64,000 bases of DNA, from positions 10,485-74,484 of the forward strand of contig JASEGR010000002.1 in NCBI GenBank assembly GCA_030017955.1, written 5' to 3'. The notes under the pieces are model-generated. The model saw only the letters and a program-made list of their open reading frames with translations. It had not been told where the DNA came from and made no database searches. Below are positions 1 to 9,240 of the stretch, piece by piece; the stretch's first letter is position 1; each line of letters opens with the position of its first letter. The translations under genes and the position numbers were made by a program. The DNA comes from Candidatus Eiseniibacteriota bacterium. GTDB lineage: Bacteria > Eisenbacteria > RBG-16-71-46 > JASEGR01.

Positions 1-645
1 AAAACCTCCGAGCCCTTTCATGGCGACGACTTTGCCCTGCCTTATTACTCTGATTGCCTCCTCTATTTCGCCTTCCGTTTTTCCGTTTTCAAAGAAAGAC
101 AGCCGGGGGCCGCATTTTGCGCACGCATTGGGTTCAGCGTGGAATCTCCGGTTGAGAGGGTCCTCATATTCATTCCTGCAATCAGGGCACATCGGAAACG
201 CGTCCATTGTTGTCTTCATTCTGTCGTAGGGGAGGGACTCTATTATCGTGTAACGGGGGCCGCAATTTGTGCAGTTTATGAAGGGATATCTGTATCTTCT
301 GTCAGAGGGGTCGAGCAACTCCCGCAGGCAATCGCTGCAGGTAAAAAGATCGGGCGGCGCAAATACTGTTGCCTCGCCTTCTGATGTCGGGAAGATGGTA
401 AATCCCTTGCAGCCACTCGTCGCGGAGGGAAGTACATCTATGCGGTCAATCTTTGCGTTCGGCGGAGCCTCGGCCTTGAGCCTCTCGACGAATAACTCTG
501 ACTTATCTCCCTCTACATGTATCTCTACGCCTCTTGCGGTGTTTCGTGTGAAGCCATTCAGCCGGAGTTCATTTGCGAGTCTGTACACAAACGGTCTAAA
601 TCCAACGCCCTGCACAGTTCCATGAATGTAGATATCAAGTTCCAC
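1..645 (-). CDS. hypF: [NiFe]-hydrogenase maturation carbamoyltransferase HypF, N-terminal part (gene runs off the left edge of the window)
   Basis: Absent from the ORF track because it stays open to position 1. My reverse translation of 480-645 reads VELDIYIHGTVQGVGFRPFVYRLANELRLNGFTRNTARGVEIHVEGDKSELFVER, the acylphosphatase-like domain of HypF. The start (GTG at 645) is a guess. Confidence 0.8.
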   Translation of the reverse strand, partial: MELDIYIHGTVQGVGFRPFVYRLANELRLNGFTRNTARGVEIHVEGDKSELFVERLKAEAPPNAKIDRIDVLPSATSGCKGFTIFPTSEGEATVFAPPDLFTCSDCLRELLDPSDRRYRYPFINCTNCGPRYTIIESLPYDRMKTTMDAFPMCPDCRNEYEDPLNRRFHAEPNACAKCGPRLSFFENGKTEGEIEEAIRVIRQGKVVAMKGLGGF

Positions 646-662
646 CGCAGCCCTGGTCGGGG

Positions 663-911
663 TTATTTTTCTCCTTCTATTGATTCAACTGTTATTCCTC
701 CCTTTCCTTGTCTCCTTGTCATCGTTATCGGCAGACTTTCGAGGGCCTTGTCCTTGGCCAGTGCCTTAAGACAAAATTCTATCTGCTCACCGGTGTGGTC
801 AGCATCTTCTCCAATAGAAAGAGTGACTTTCTTGATCTTCTTGATCTTGTGTTTCTCAGACTGTGCGATTATTTCTTCGAGAACCGCCTCAGCGATTTTC
901 CACTCATGCAT
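663..911 (-). CDS. hypA: Short HypA-like hydrogenase nickel-insertion protein (82 aa, no zinc-finger motifs)
   Basis: Lies inside track ORF 663..989. The internal ATG at 911 gives MHEWKIAEAVLEEII..., the MHE N-terminus typical of HypA. This ATG overlaps the protease stop (ATGCATGA). No CxxC pairs are present. Confidence 0.65.
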   Translation of the reverse strand: MHEWKIAEAVLEEIIAQSEKHKIKKIKKVTLSIGEDADHTGEQIEFCLKALAKDKALESLPITMTRRQGKGGITVESIEGEK

Positions 912-1404
912 ACTGCTTGCACTCCTCGAGAATCTTCTCACATACGGCAGGAATGGTGCGAAGGAGAGTCTCCGATACGCCCGGCGCAACCGTATCGGGG
1001 ATATTCTCTATCTGGACCGAGATTATCTTCACTTCTATCGAACATAACTCCTTGAGCTCTCTGAGCAAGTTAGAAGTGGGCACCTGGTGCATGGAGAAGT
1101 CATCGATCTTCTTTAGTGGGATATCGGAGACATCCAGCTCGAATATTTCTCCCCGTTTCCTTCCCGCATCCATTGCATCGACTATGATGATCTTCTTGGT
1201 CCATCTCTCTCCAACCGCAATATTGAACAATATATTCCTTGCACCCGTTCCCGCGTCCACGACCGCAACGTGTTCGGGCAGCAAATAATTGTTCTCCAGG
1301 TGTTCTATGACCTTTGGACCGAAACCGTCATCCCCAAAGAGTATGTTGCCGCATCCGAGGACCAGGACCGGTTTTCTGTAGTAGTCTGGTATGGTGTTTT
1401 CCAA
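904..1404 (-). CDS. Hydrogenase maturation endopeptidase (HybD/HycI/FrhD family)
   Basis: 166 aa with VLGCGNILFGDDGFGPKV and an overall protease-like layout. It sits immediately downstream of the large-subunit gene. Confidence 0.85.
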   Translation of the reverse strand: MENTIPDYYRKPVLVLGCGNILFGDDGFGPKVIEHLENNYLLPEHVAVVDAGTGARNILFNIAVGERWTKKIIIVDAMDAGRKRGEIFELDVSDIPLKKIDDFSMHQVPTSNLLRELKELCSIEVKIISVQIENIPDTVAPGVSETLLRTIPAVCEKILEECKQYA

Positions 1405-1431
1405 TCGGGCCTGCCAGGCCGAACAGGGGAT

Positions 1432-2877
1432 CTAGAAATTCCTGAGTGTATCTATCAGATTTCTGTCTCCGTCGACTATGTCTATTTTTACCGGGAGCGT
1501 CCCGTCTATGTCGTGCGTCGCACAGGATAGACACGGGTCGTATGCCCGGATCGTCATCTCCACCTTGTTAAGTATTCCCTGATCATACTTCCCGTCTTTT
1601 ATCAACGCCTTCGCCGCCTGTTTCACTGACATGTTTATGGGGGCGTTGTTGTGGGTTGTTCCGACGATCAGGTTGACATTCGTGACGATCCCGTTCTCAT
1701 CGGTCTCATAGTCATGTATCAGAGTCCCTCTTGGCGCCTCGGTGCAGCCGATTCCTCTGGCCGCCCTCGGTTTGACAGGGATTCTGATATCAGTACTGGT
1801 GATATCAGGATCATTCAGGAGCCGCACAACGTTCTCCGCGTTGTAGAGGAGCTCGATGAGGCGAGCCCAGTGATACAGAAGCGTGAGCTGAGCCGGCCGT
1901 CCGAAATTCTTTCTGAACTCTTCGAATTCTTTCTGCGCAAGTGGCGTGGGAATGTAGTCGCAAACGTTCATTCTGGCGAGTGTATTTGTTCTGTATATTC
2001 CGGATGGATTGGCGAGGTCCATCGAGAACTTCCCGACCTTCTTCATGTATGGGAACTTAAGGTAGGTCCAGGGCTCCACATGCTCCGCTATGTAGTCGGT
2101 GTACTTGTCATACGGAAAGTCCTCATACTTCCCGTCCGGTGTCATCATTCTCAGCATGCCGTCATATACGTCGAAAGCCCCATCCTGCTTGACGGTTCCC
2201 AGGAACCCCGTTTCTATCACTCCAAGCGTTTTGACCGCGTCCAGGAACGGCGTGAATATGTTCTTCTTTGCGTAGTCGATGCTGAATTTTGCGAGCTCGA
2301 GGATCTCCTGTGCCATGGGTTTCAGCTTCTCGACCTCATCCTTGGTCACGGGCTTGCTAACACCTCCAGGCACGGCGGTCACAGGATGAATCGATTTCCC
2401 GGAGATTATGTCCAGCATTTGCGCGCCGAGCCACCTGCACCTGACGACTTTCTTTGCGACATCCGGCAGTTTGCCCGCTATTCCTATCACGTTTCTGACC
2501 GAGTAGTCCGCATCCGGCCCCATCACGAAGTCAGCGCCGCCCAGGAAATAGAAGTGGAGTATGTGCTCCTCCGTGTATGCGACAGAATTGCAGAGCTCTC
2601 TCAGTTTCTTCGCCGCAGGGGGTATGTCCACGCCAAAAACAGCATCACACGCCTTTGCACTAGCAAGGTGATGTGACCACGGACATACGCCGCAGATACT
2701 CGTAACAATCCTTGGCAGTTCCTCTACCGGCTTTCCGATACAGAATCTCTCAAAGCCCCTGAGCTCAATGACATTCACCCAGGAATCCTGGACGTTTCCG
2801 CCGTCGTCCAGCTGAATTGTGATCTTTGCGTGGCCTTCGATTCTTGTGACTGGTTGAATTACTATTGTTTCACCCAT
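1432..2877 (-). CDS. mvhA: [NiFe] hydrogenase large subunit, group 3 (Mvh / F420-non-reducing type)
   Basis: 481 aa with RIEGH near the N-terminus, ICGVCPWSHH, and a C-terminal DPCLSCATHD followed by a cleavable tail. It is flanked by mvhG and mvhD. Confidence 0.9.
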   Translation of the reverse strand: MGETIVIQPVTRIEGHAKITIQLDDGGNVQDSWVNVIELRGFERFCIGKPVEELPRIVTSICGVCPWSHHLASAKACDAVFGVDIPPAAKKLRELCNSVAYTEEHILHFYFLGGADFVMGPDADYSVRNVIGIAGKLPDVAKKVVRCRWLGAQMLDIISGKSIHPVTAVPGGVSKPVTKDEVEKLKPMAQEILELAKFSIDYAKKNIFTPFLDAVKTLGVIETGFLGTVKQDGAFDVYDGMLRMMTPDGKYEDFPYDKYTDYIAEHVEPWTYLKFPYMKKVGKFSMDLANPSGIYRTNTLARMNVCDYIPTPLAQKEFEEFRKNFGRPAQLTLLYHWARLIELLYNAENVVRLLNDPDITSTDIRIPVKPRAARGIGCTEAPRGTLIHDYETDENGIVTNVNLIVGTTHNNAPINMSVKQAAKALIKDGKYDQGILNKVEMTIRAYDPCLSCATHDIDGTLPVKIDIVDGDRNLIDTLRNF

Positions 2878-2891
2878 TTTTGGATCCTTTC

Positions 2892-3818
2892 CTATGGCTT
2901 CGCCGGCAGTGGTCTTAATCTGCCCTGGGCACCAATGTATCTCTGGAAGGTTGCTGGTCTATCTAGTATTACCTTTGCGTCAAGGCCGATACTTGTTATT
3001 GCGCCCATCATCTCGACCATTGGATTTGCACCTTTTCTGATCGGTCCGAAGCATCCCCTGCAGGGCATTAGTCCTTTTACGCATCTCGGGGTCTTTTCAT
3101 GCCCTCCACATCCGGACTTTGTCACAGGTCCGAGACAGAGGAAACCGATCTCCATGAAGCACCTTGACTCTTCAAGTTTTTGCCCAAGCGGGATAATTGA
3201 TTCAAGGGGCCTCTTCAGGGAGATGTCCGCCTTCTTCTCCCTCTTGGTAGGGCAGTCGTCGCATACGCTCCTCTCGGGGAGTGAGAAAGGCTTTCCCTCG
3301 AGCAGTGACGTGAGAGCATCTGCAACGATCTCCGGCGCGGTTGGACACCCGGGAATGTACAGATCTACCTTCACAACCTCATCCACACCGTACACCTTGT
3401 CCGTAAGCGGGGGGATGCCGGCCTGGGGAGTGGGTGAAGGCTCGGTTGTCTTTGATCCTCTGTAAACCTTTTCGTAGAGGTCTTCGAGCTTCTGCTGGTT
3501 TGCGAGCGCCGGGATTCCTCCAAAGCAGGCACAGCTCCCCAGAGCAATGAGGGTTTTGCACTTTGCTCTCATTTCCTTTGCAAGTTCCCTGTTTTCTTCG
3601 TTCCTTATCGAGCCGGCCAGTATTCCTACGTCTGCCTCAGGGATTTCCATCTTCTTCTTTTCGCCCGTCTGACCGTAGAGCTTGTGGTCCATCAGAACAG
3701 GCATGTGGACAAACTGGAGTTTTGGGAGGAGGTCAAGCAAGGCTTCACCGATATCAAGAATCGTGACCTCACAACCGCCACATATTGCAAACCATTCTTC
3801 TGCCACTCTTACGGCCAT
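2892..3818 (-). CDS. mvhG: [NiFe] hydrogenase small subunit (MvhG-like)
   Basis: 308 aa with an N-terminal ICGGCE motif and further Cys clusters (GSCACFGG, IPGCP, CDDCP, GCGG). It is directly upstream of the large subunit. Confidence 0.85.
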   Translation of the reverse strand: MAVRVAEEWFAICGGCEVTILDIGEALLDLLPKLQFVHMPVLMDHKLYGQTGEKKKMEIPEADVGILAGSIRNEENRELAKEMRAKCKTLIALGSCACFGGIPALANQQKLEDLYEKVYRGSKTTEPSPTPQAGIPPLTDKVYGVDEVVKVDLYIPGCPTAPEIVADALTSLLEGKPFSLPERSVCDDCPTKREKKADISLKRPLESIIPLGQKLEESRCFMEIGFLCLGPVTKSGCGGHEKTPRCVKGLMPCRGCFGPIRKGANPMVEMMGAITSIGLDAKVILDRPATFQRYIGAQGRLRPLPAKP

Positions 3819-3839
3819 ACAACACCTCCTGGTGAAATG

Positions 3840-4043
3840 TTAGACCGGGGGCGCACCCTCTACCTTTACGTCTGTCACTATCCTATGGGTAAACAACTGG
3901 AACTTGTCTTCTTCTTTTATGATTCTGGTTTCAAAACCATCTGATTCATACTTAGTCATGGCTTCTTTTGCTTCGCCCTCACCCTTATACTCCACGCCAT
4001 CCCACATGAATTTCTTCCCATCAATCACCTTCGACACGAGCAC
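3840..4043 (-). CDS. Small hypothetical protein between mvhD and mvhG
   Basis: 67-aa ORF that fits tightly in the operon gap. I recognise no motif. Confidence 0.35.
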   Translation of the reverse strand: MLVSKVIDGKKFMWDGVEYKGEGEAKEAMTKYESDGFETRIIKEEDKFQLFTHRIVTDVKVEGAPPV

Positions 4044-4055
4044 TAAGTACCCTCC

Positions 4056-4472
4056 TTAACTCCTGTACGGGCTTGGGCCCAGTTTCCTGATCTGTTCGGT
4101 GAAATCGGTCATGACCTGGGCGAATCTTCCGCCTTCGGCTGCAGATACCCACTCGAGCTTGTATCTCTCCGGTTCTATTCCCAGGTCCTCCAGCATGAGA
4201 GAGATTCCAGCCGCCCTCTTTTCTGCTTTCAGGTTCCCGTCCTGGTAGTGACAATCACCCGGATGACATCCGCACATGATGACGCCGTCTGCGCCCTTTG
4301 TCAACGCGTTGATAACGAAATTCGGATGCACCATGCCGGAACACATCACGCGGATTATTCTGACATTCGGAGGATACTGTATTCTTGACACTCCGGCGAG
4401 GTCAGCACCCGCATAGGAGCACCAATTGCAGCAAAAAGAAATTATCAACGGCTCAAACTGTTCATCAGTCAT
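4056..4472 (-). CDS. mvhD: Methyl-viologen-reducing hydrogenase delta subunit (MvhD/FlpD family)
   Basis: ATG at 4472 gives MTDEQFEPLIISFCCNWCSYAGADLAG..., carrying the MvhD CCNWC motif. The longer track start at 4598 would overlap the hdrA-like gene. Confidence 0.85.
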   Translation of the reverse strand: MTDEQFEPLIISFCCNWCSYAGADLAGVSRIQYPPNVRIIRVMCSGMVHPNFVINALTKGADGVIMCGCHPGDCHYQDGNLKAEKRAAGISLMLEDLGIEPERYKLEWVSAAEGGRFAQVMTDFTEQIRKLGPSPYRS

Positions 4473-4483
4473 CGTATCACTCG

Positions 4484-7400
4484 CTATATTGTTTGTAGTG
4501 CTGCTTCGACCTGTGCGTCGATCTGATCCGTGGTGAATCCTCTGACCAATACGCCTCTCTTCGGACAAGTTGCCATACAGCAGCCACAGCCCTTGCATAG
4601 GCTCTCATTCACGTCAACTGTCTTCTTGATCGAACCCTGCCACATGTACTCAATCAGAGTGATCACCTGGTACGGGCACGGTTCAATGCAGTACGCGCAT
4701 CCGTCACAGTTCTCATCGATCACGCTCGATACGTTTGCCTCCAACTCAATGCTGTCTTTCGACAGTATGGTGCTTGCTCTGGCGGAGCTCGCCTGCGCCT
4801 GGATTATGCTTTCCTCTATTGACTTTGACGAGTGTGCCAGCCCGCAAACAAACACCCCATCGGTTGCAAAGTCAACCGGACGCAGCTTCATGTGCGCTTC
4901 CAAAAAGAACCCGTCTTGATTCAACGGGACTTTCAGGAACTGGGCGATAGTCTTGTTGTCGTCGCTTGGGACTATTCCGGCCGACAAAACCACCAGGTTT
5001 GCAGGGATTTCAATTGGCATCTTCAACGTCTGCTCATTGACCCTCACCGCTAATGGGCCGCCGTTCTTCGAGACGGTTGGTTTCTCGCCGGCGTCATCGC
5101 CATATCTCATGAAGACTACGCCCTTCTGCCGTGCTTTGGTGTAGTATTTCTCCTTGAATCCATATGTGCGGATATCCCTGTACAGAAAGTACACGTTCGT
5201 CTCGGGCGACAGTTCCTTTATTTTCAGAGCATTCTTCACTGCCAGTGAACAGCATATTCTTGAGCAATAGGGTCTTTCCCTGTCCCTGGAGCCAACGCAT
5301 TGGATCATTACCACTGTGTCCGGCTTCTTGCCGTCGATTGAGAGTTCTCCCTTGAGCGCCAAACGCTGTTCGAGCTCGGACTGCGTCATTACCCTGTTGT
5401 CTTCCCCGTAGAGGTACTCCTTCGGCGTGTACTCCTTTGCGCCGGTTGCGACGATAGTTATGCCATGTTCAAACTCCTTCTCATCTCCGTTTGTCGCAAT
5501 CTTTGTCTTGAACTTTCCAATCGAGCCTTCGATGTTCACTATTCTCGCATCAGTGAACAAGTTGATTCTCTTGTTCTGTCTTACCCTTTCGATGATTGAT
5601 TTCAATTCATTCTGCGGTTTTTCTCCGTCGAACAGGTAATGAATATTACGCAGATTCCCGCCGATCTCCTTCTCCTTCTCCACCAGGTGCACGTCGAAGC
5701 CCTGATCTGCCATCTCCAGCGCAGACATCATTCCGGAGAGGCCGCCGCCTATGACGAGGGCTGACTTCTTTATGGGTAGAGTCCTGGCAGGGAGCGGCTC
5801 CAGTAGTCTCGCCTTTGCGACAGCTATTCTCACCAGGTCTTTTGACTTTATTGTCGCCTTTTCGCCTTCAGCCATGTGAACCCAGGAGCACTGGTCTCTT
5901 ATGTTTGCCATTTCAAAGAGATACGGATTGAGTCCAGCCTCCCTTATCGTGTTTCTGAAGAGAAGCTCGTGAGTTCTCGGGGTGCACGAAGCAACAACCA
6001 GACGGTTTAGACTATGTTCTTTTATCTTCTCTTTTATCCTCTCCTGAGTGTCATTCGAACACGTATACAAGTTATCGTCTGCATAAACGACGTTAGGAAG
6101 TGACTTTGCATATTCCAAAACATCCGGCACAGCTACGACGCCGGCAATGTTCGTGCCGCAGTGGCATATGAACACACCGATCCGGGGTTCCTGTCCTATC
6201 ACATCTATCTCCGGCGGGAATTCCCTTTCGACGATCAGGCTCCCCTTTGCATCACTCAGGAGTGCGAGGGTTTTTGAGACGGCACCGTCGGCCTGCATCA
6301 CGGATTCGGGTATGTCTTTGGGTTCTGTGAACGGGCCCGCCACATATACTCCATCCCGCGTGGACTCCACCGGCTTGAAAGCAGCGGTCTTGGCGAAATT
6401 GAACTCGTTCAGCTCAATTCCGAAATCCTCTGCGAGCTTCTTCACATCTTTTGGTGGCTGGATACCGACAGAGAGCACGACCAGATCGTATTCGCGCGAG
6501 ACCTTCCTGTCGTTCTCGTCGAGGTAATTGACTATGAGGTTTCTGGTTTTCGGGACTTCTTCTATGGAAGGGATGCGGCATCTTATGTAGTTCACGCCAT
6601 GCTTTTTTGCCGATTCATAATACTGCTCAAATCCCTTGCTGAATGCGCGGAGGTCCATGAAGAATATGTCACACTGCAAGTCTGCCCCGGCGTGCTCCTT
6701 CGCAATTATTGCCTCCTTTGTGGCATACATGCAGCACACGGAGGAACAGTAGTCCCTGTCATGGTCTCTGGAACCAACACATTGGATGAATGCGATGCGT
6801 TTCGGCTTCATCGTAAGAGGCGTTAGAACCAGGCCCCCGAACGGTCCTGACGGGGAGAGGATCCTTTCGAACTCAAGAGCGGTTATGACATTGGGAAAAC
6901 GTCCATAACCCAATTCTTCCTTGATCTTCGCATCAAACACCTCGTATCCGGGAGAAAGGATGATGGCACCGACATCGAGCTCGATCTTCCGTTCCTTCTG
7001 GTCATAGTCTATTGCTTTTGCTTCGCAAACCACCTCACATATTCCGCACACGTCGTGGCTGAGATGCACACAGTAATTCTTGTCGATGGACGGTTTATTG
7101 GGCACTGCCTGGGGATAAAGGATGCTTACGGCTGGCTTCCCGTCCAGGCCCATATTGTACTCGTTCAGGATAGGTATCAGAGGACGGTCGGTCGTGAGAT
7201 CAGTTACCTTTTTCCCGACCGGACATATGAAATCACATGCGCCGCACGTCCAACAGAACTCGTTATGCCTTCCGAATGCCGGTTCCAGTTTCTTCCTCGG
7301 CCCTCTTCCAGAGAATGAAATGACACTTCGTCCCATCCTTTCCTGGCACATCCGCACGCAAAGCCCGCAATAGATGCAGTCATCGTATCTCTTCTTGATT

Positions 7401-7747
7401 CTCGGTTCATGTACGCCGAGGTCGGCAGCGATTTTCTTAATAACTTCGGAGTCCGGACACCTGGCAAGAAGAAGCTCGGCAACTGTTTTCCTTACTCTCC
7501 TCGATCTTTCCGAGTCTGTGGCTACGATCATCCCGTCCTGGGCAAGACATGCGCATGACGCCTGAAGGCCCGGAGATCTCCCGGGGGTCTGGACCTCCAC
7601 GACACAGAGCCTGCACGCACCGTACGGAGTCAGTGCCTTGTGATTGCACAGGGTCGGGACTTTGATCCCCAGCTTCTCTATTGCTGCGAGGAGATATGTC
7701 CCCTCTTCTACCTCAACCTTCTGATTGTTTATTGTAAGGTCTATCAT
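4484..7747 (-). CDS. 1087-aa fusion of a NuoG/HndD-type N-terminal [2Fe-2S]/[4Fe-4S] domain, the C-terminal half of an HdrA module, and a complete HdrA module
   Basis: The N-terminus reads INNQKVEVEEGTYLLAAIEKLGIKVPTLCNH...GACRLCVVEV. Two CVGSRD...CSxxCC motifs are present. There is one GVFICHCGTNIAG N-domain, one FAD site (VIGGGLSGMMSALEMAD), FLEAHMKLRPVD, and a C-terminal 2x[4Fe-4S] region (CDGCAYCIEPCP, CKGCGCCMATCP). Confidence 0.85.
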   Translation of the reverse strand: MIDLTINNQKVEVEEGTYLLAAIEKLGIKVPTLCNHKALTPYGACRLCVVEVQTPGRSPGLQASCACLAQDGMIVATDSERSRRVRKTVAELLLARCPDSEVIKKIAADLGVHEPRIKKRYDDCIYCGLCVRMCQERMGRSVISFSGRGPRKKLEPAFGRHNEFCWTCGACDFICPVGKKVTDLTTDRPLIPILNEYNMGLDGKPAVSILYPQAVPNKPSIDKNYCVHLSHDVCGICEVVCEAKAIDYDQKERKIELDVGAIILSPGYEVFDAKIKEELGYGRFPNVITALEFERILSPSGPFGGLVLTPLTMKPKRIAFIQCVGSRDHDRDYCSSVCCMYATKEAIIAKEHAGADLQCDIFFMDLRAFSKGFEQYYESAKKHGVNYIRCRIPSIEEVPKTRNLIVNYLDENDRKVSREYDLVVLSVGIQPPKDVKKLAEDFGIELNEFNFAKTAAFKPVESTRDGVYVAGPFTEPKDIPESVMQADGAVSKTLALLSDAKGSLIVEREFPPEIDVIGQEPRIGVFICHCGTNIAGVVAVPDVLEYAKSLPNVVYADDNLYTCSNDTQERIKEKIKEHSLNRLVVASCTPRTHELLFRNTIREAGLNPYLFEMANIRDQCSWVHMAEGEKATIKSKDLVRIAVAKARLLEPLPARTLPIKKSALVIGGGLSGMMSALEMADQGFDVHLVEKEKEIGGNLRNIHYLFDGEKPQNELKSIIERVRQNKRINLFTDARIVNIEGSIGKFKTKIATNGDEKEFEHGITIVATGAKEYTPKEYLYGEDNRVMTQSELEQRLALKGELSIDGKKPDTVVMIQCVGSRDRERPYCSRICCSLAVKNALKIKELSPETNVYFLYRDIRTYGFKEKYYTKARQKGVVFMRYGDDAGEKPTVSKNGGPLAVRVNEQTLKMPIEIPANLVVLSAGIVPSDDNKTIAQFLKVPLNQDGFFLEAHMKLRPVDFATDGVFVCGLAHSSKSIEESIIQAQASSARASTILSKDSIELEANVSSVIDENCDGCAYCIEPCPYQVITLIEYMWQGSIKKTVDVNESLCKGCGCCMATCPKRGVLVRGFTTDQIDAQVEAALQTI

Positions 7748-8220
7748 CTCCCGCCTCTGTTGTTAGCTTTGGCATAGTTGAAGAAGAGATTAATCTCCGG
7801 ATGGGTAACTCTCAGACATTTCATTGTTTCATCGAGCTTTCCCAGCGGCTTTCTGTCTATGTGATTCAGCCCGAACGTTGCCGTCACTTTTGTGCCCTTT
7901 CCTACGCCGCTGTCGATCTTCAGTTTCCCGCCCGACTCCTCGGCAGATTGAGCAAGGAATGACAGGCCGAGTCCTGTCTTTTTCCTCTCCTTTGTCGTGA
8001 AGAAAGGTGACATTGCCTGCTTCCTCGTCTGATCGTCCATTCCTTGTCCGTCATCATTTATCTCCAGGATGAGAAGGTTTTCCTTCTTGTACTCAGTGAG
8101 CTTTATCTCCACGTTCTTTGCGTTGGCCCTGATGGAATTCTCCACTATGTCCAGAATATGCAGCGACAGGTCTTCCACACCTATATCCTGACTTCTCTCC
8201 CGCCTTCCCCCAAGAAACAT
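7744..8220 (-). CDS. GHKL-type (HATPase_c-like) ATP-binding protein
   Basis: Contains ILDIVENSIRANA, INDDGQGM and TGLGLSF motifs. The start is uncertain: ATG 8220 overlaps the PHP gene, and GTG 8178 is an alternative. Confidence 0.6.
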   Translation of the reverse strand: MFLGGRRERSQDIGVEDLSLHILDIVENSIRANAKNVEIKLTEYKKENLLILEINDDGQGMDDQTRKQAMSPFFTTKERKKTGLGLSFLAQSAEESGGKLKIDSGVGKGTKVTATFGLNHIDRKPLGKLDETMKCLRVTHPEINLFFNYAKANNRGGR

Positions 8221-8903
8221 TTCTTCATTTCTGCAGTATTTGCATTTTTCATAAAAAAGCAGGTGTATCTGCCGCCGATCTCGTCAAGCGTGTGTGCGTC
8301 CGAAGACGTAATGAATGGAAGACCATGGTTTCCAGGAATCCTGTCTTTTCCTGATGGATCGGTTATCTCCAGGGCATCCAGGGCCAAACCATCCGGTATG
8401 AAACCGAGTTGGCCTACTATGCTGAAGCCCTCTCTGTCAACATGAGAGGCTATTGCCAGTCCGTTCAACTTGTGCGTAAGGTCAACCACCTTTTCGACCG
8501 GAATCTCTGTTGCTCCGATCAGAAGCTTCTTATTAAACCCGACAACCTCATCTTCCTCGTTGACGACCACCTGTTCTCCGTAGAGCTTTTCGTTGTTTGT
8601 CCCGCGCAGGTTCTCGTAAATTATTTCCTGCAAAGAGAAGAGCCATTCTTCTCTCTCGAACAAAGCGAGAATGTGCACTTCCTCCCTTGATGTAACCTCA
8701 ATTCCCCCTATGACCTTTATTCCTTCCTTCTCTGCGGATCTTCTCACTGCAGGGACGTTTTCGGCTGAGTTGTGATCACATATCCCAATGATATCAAGCC
8801 CCTTCCTTCTCGCCTCCTGAACTATGCTCCGCGGCGACATCTCAAGCTCGGCACACGGCGAAAGACACGAATGTATGTGCAAATCCGCCCGGAATTCCCT
8901 CAC
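8181..8903 (-). CDS. PHP-domain metal-dependent phosphoesterase
   Basis: 240 aa with ADLHIHS and GICDHNS histidine motifs. Confidence 0.75.
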   Translation of the reverse strand: MREFRADLHIHSCLSPCAELEMSPRSIVQEARRKGLDIIGICDHNSAENVPAVRRSAEKEGIKVIGGIEVTSREEVHILALFEREEWLFSLQEIIYENLRGTNNEKLYGEQVVVNEEDEVVGFNKKLLIGATEIPVEKVVDLTHKLNGLAIASHVDREGFSIVGQLGFIPDGLALDALEITDPSGKDRIPGNHGLPFITSSDAHTLDEIGGRYTCFFMKNANTAEMKKCFLGEGGREVRI

Positions 8904-8904
8904 G

Positions 8905-9240
8905 CTACCTCAGCCCCAATTCATACAGCCTGGCTGCCACCTTGAACGTGGCTGAAGAGCTGACCAGAATCGGTATCCGTTCCTCTTCTGCCTTCTTCAG
9001 CGTTTCTTCTTCAGGGATTCTGTTGTTGACGATTATTATTCCGCAAAGGTCCGTTGCGCTGGCCACGGCAACAATATTAAGATGGGTCTGGAGGGTCACC
9101 CATATGTTTCCCTTTTTGGCGTTTGCAAGAACGTCGCTCAGCAAATCGCTTGCATACCCGCCCGTTACTTCCCTGTCCAGAAGATTCTCCCCTGCCTTAA
9201 TCTTCAAATCCAGGGCTTTGGCTATGTCCTTTAGCTTCAT
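8905..9240 (-). CDS. DRTGG-domain protein
   Basis: 111 aa with DREVTGGYASDLLSDVL and a small-regulatory-domain layout. Confidence 0.65.
   Translation of the reverse strand: MKLKDIAKALDLKIKAGENLLDREVTGGYASDLLSDVLANAKKGNIWVTLQTHLNIVAVASATDLCGIIIVNNRIPEEETLKKAEEERIPILVSSSATFKVAARLYELGLR

Noticed and set aside
1651-2676. 341-aa + strand ORF, with similar long ORFs at 9243..10379 (+), 13988..14638 (-), 35069..36034 (-), 42331..42963 (-) and 55628..56380 (-).
   Set aside because: Each lies entirely antisense to, or out of frame within, a gene with strong family motifs. Their translations are low-complexity (Arg/Ser/Pro-rich) with no recognisable motif. They are treated as shadow ORFs.
1432-7747. 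Selenocysteine (in-frame TGA) recoding in mvhA, mvhD or the hdrA-like gene, as occurs in some sulfate reducers and methanogens.
   Set aside because: All three ORFs are continuous with Cys at the relevant motifs (DPCLSCATHD, CCNWC). No in-frame TGA is needed to explain the gene models.
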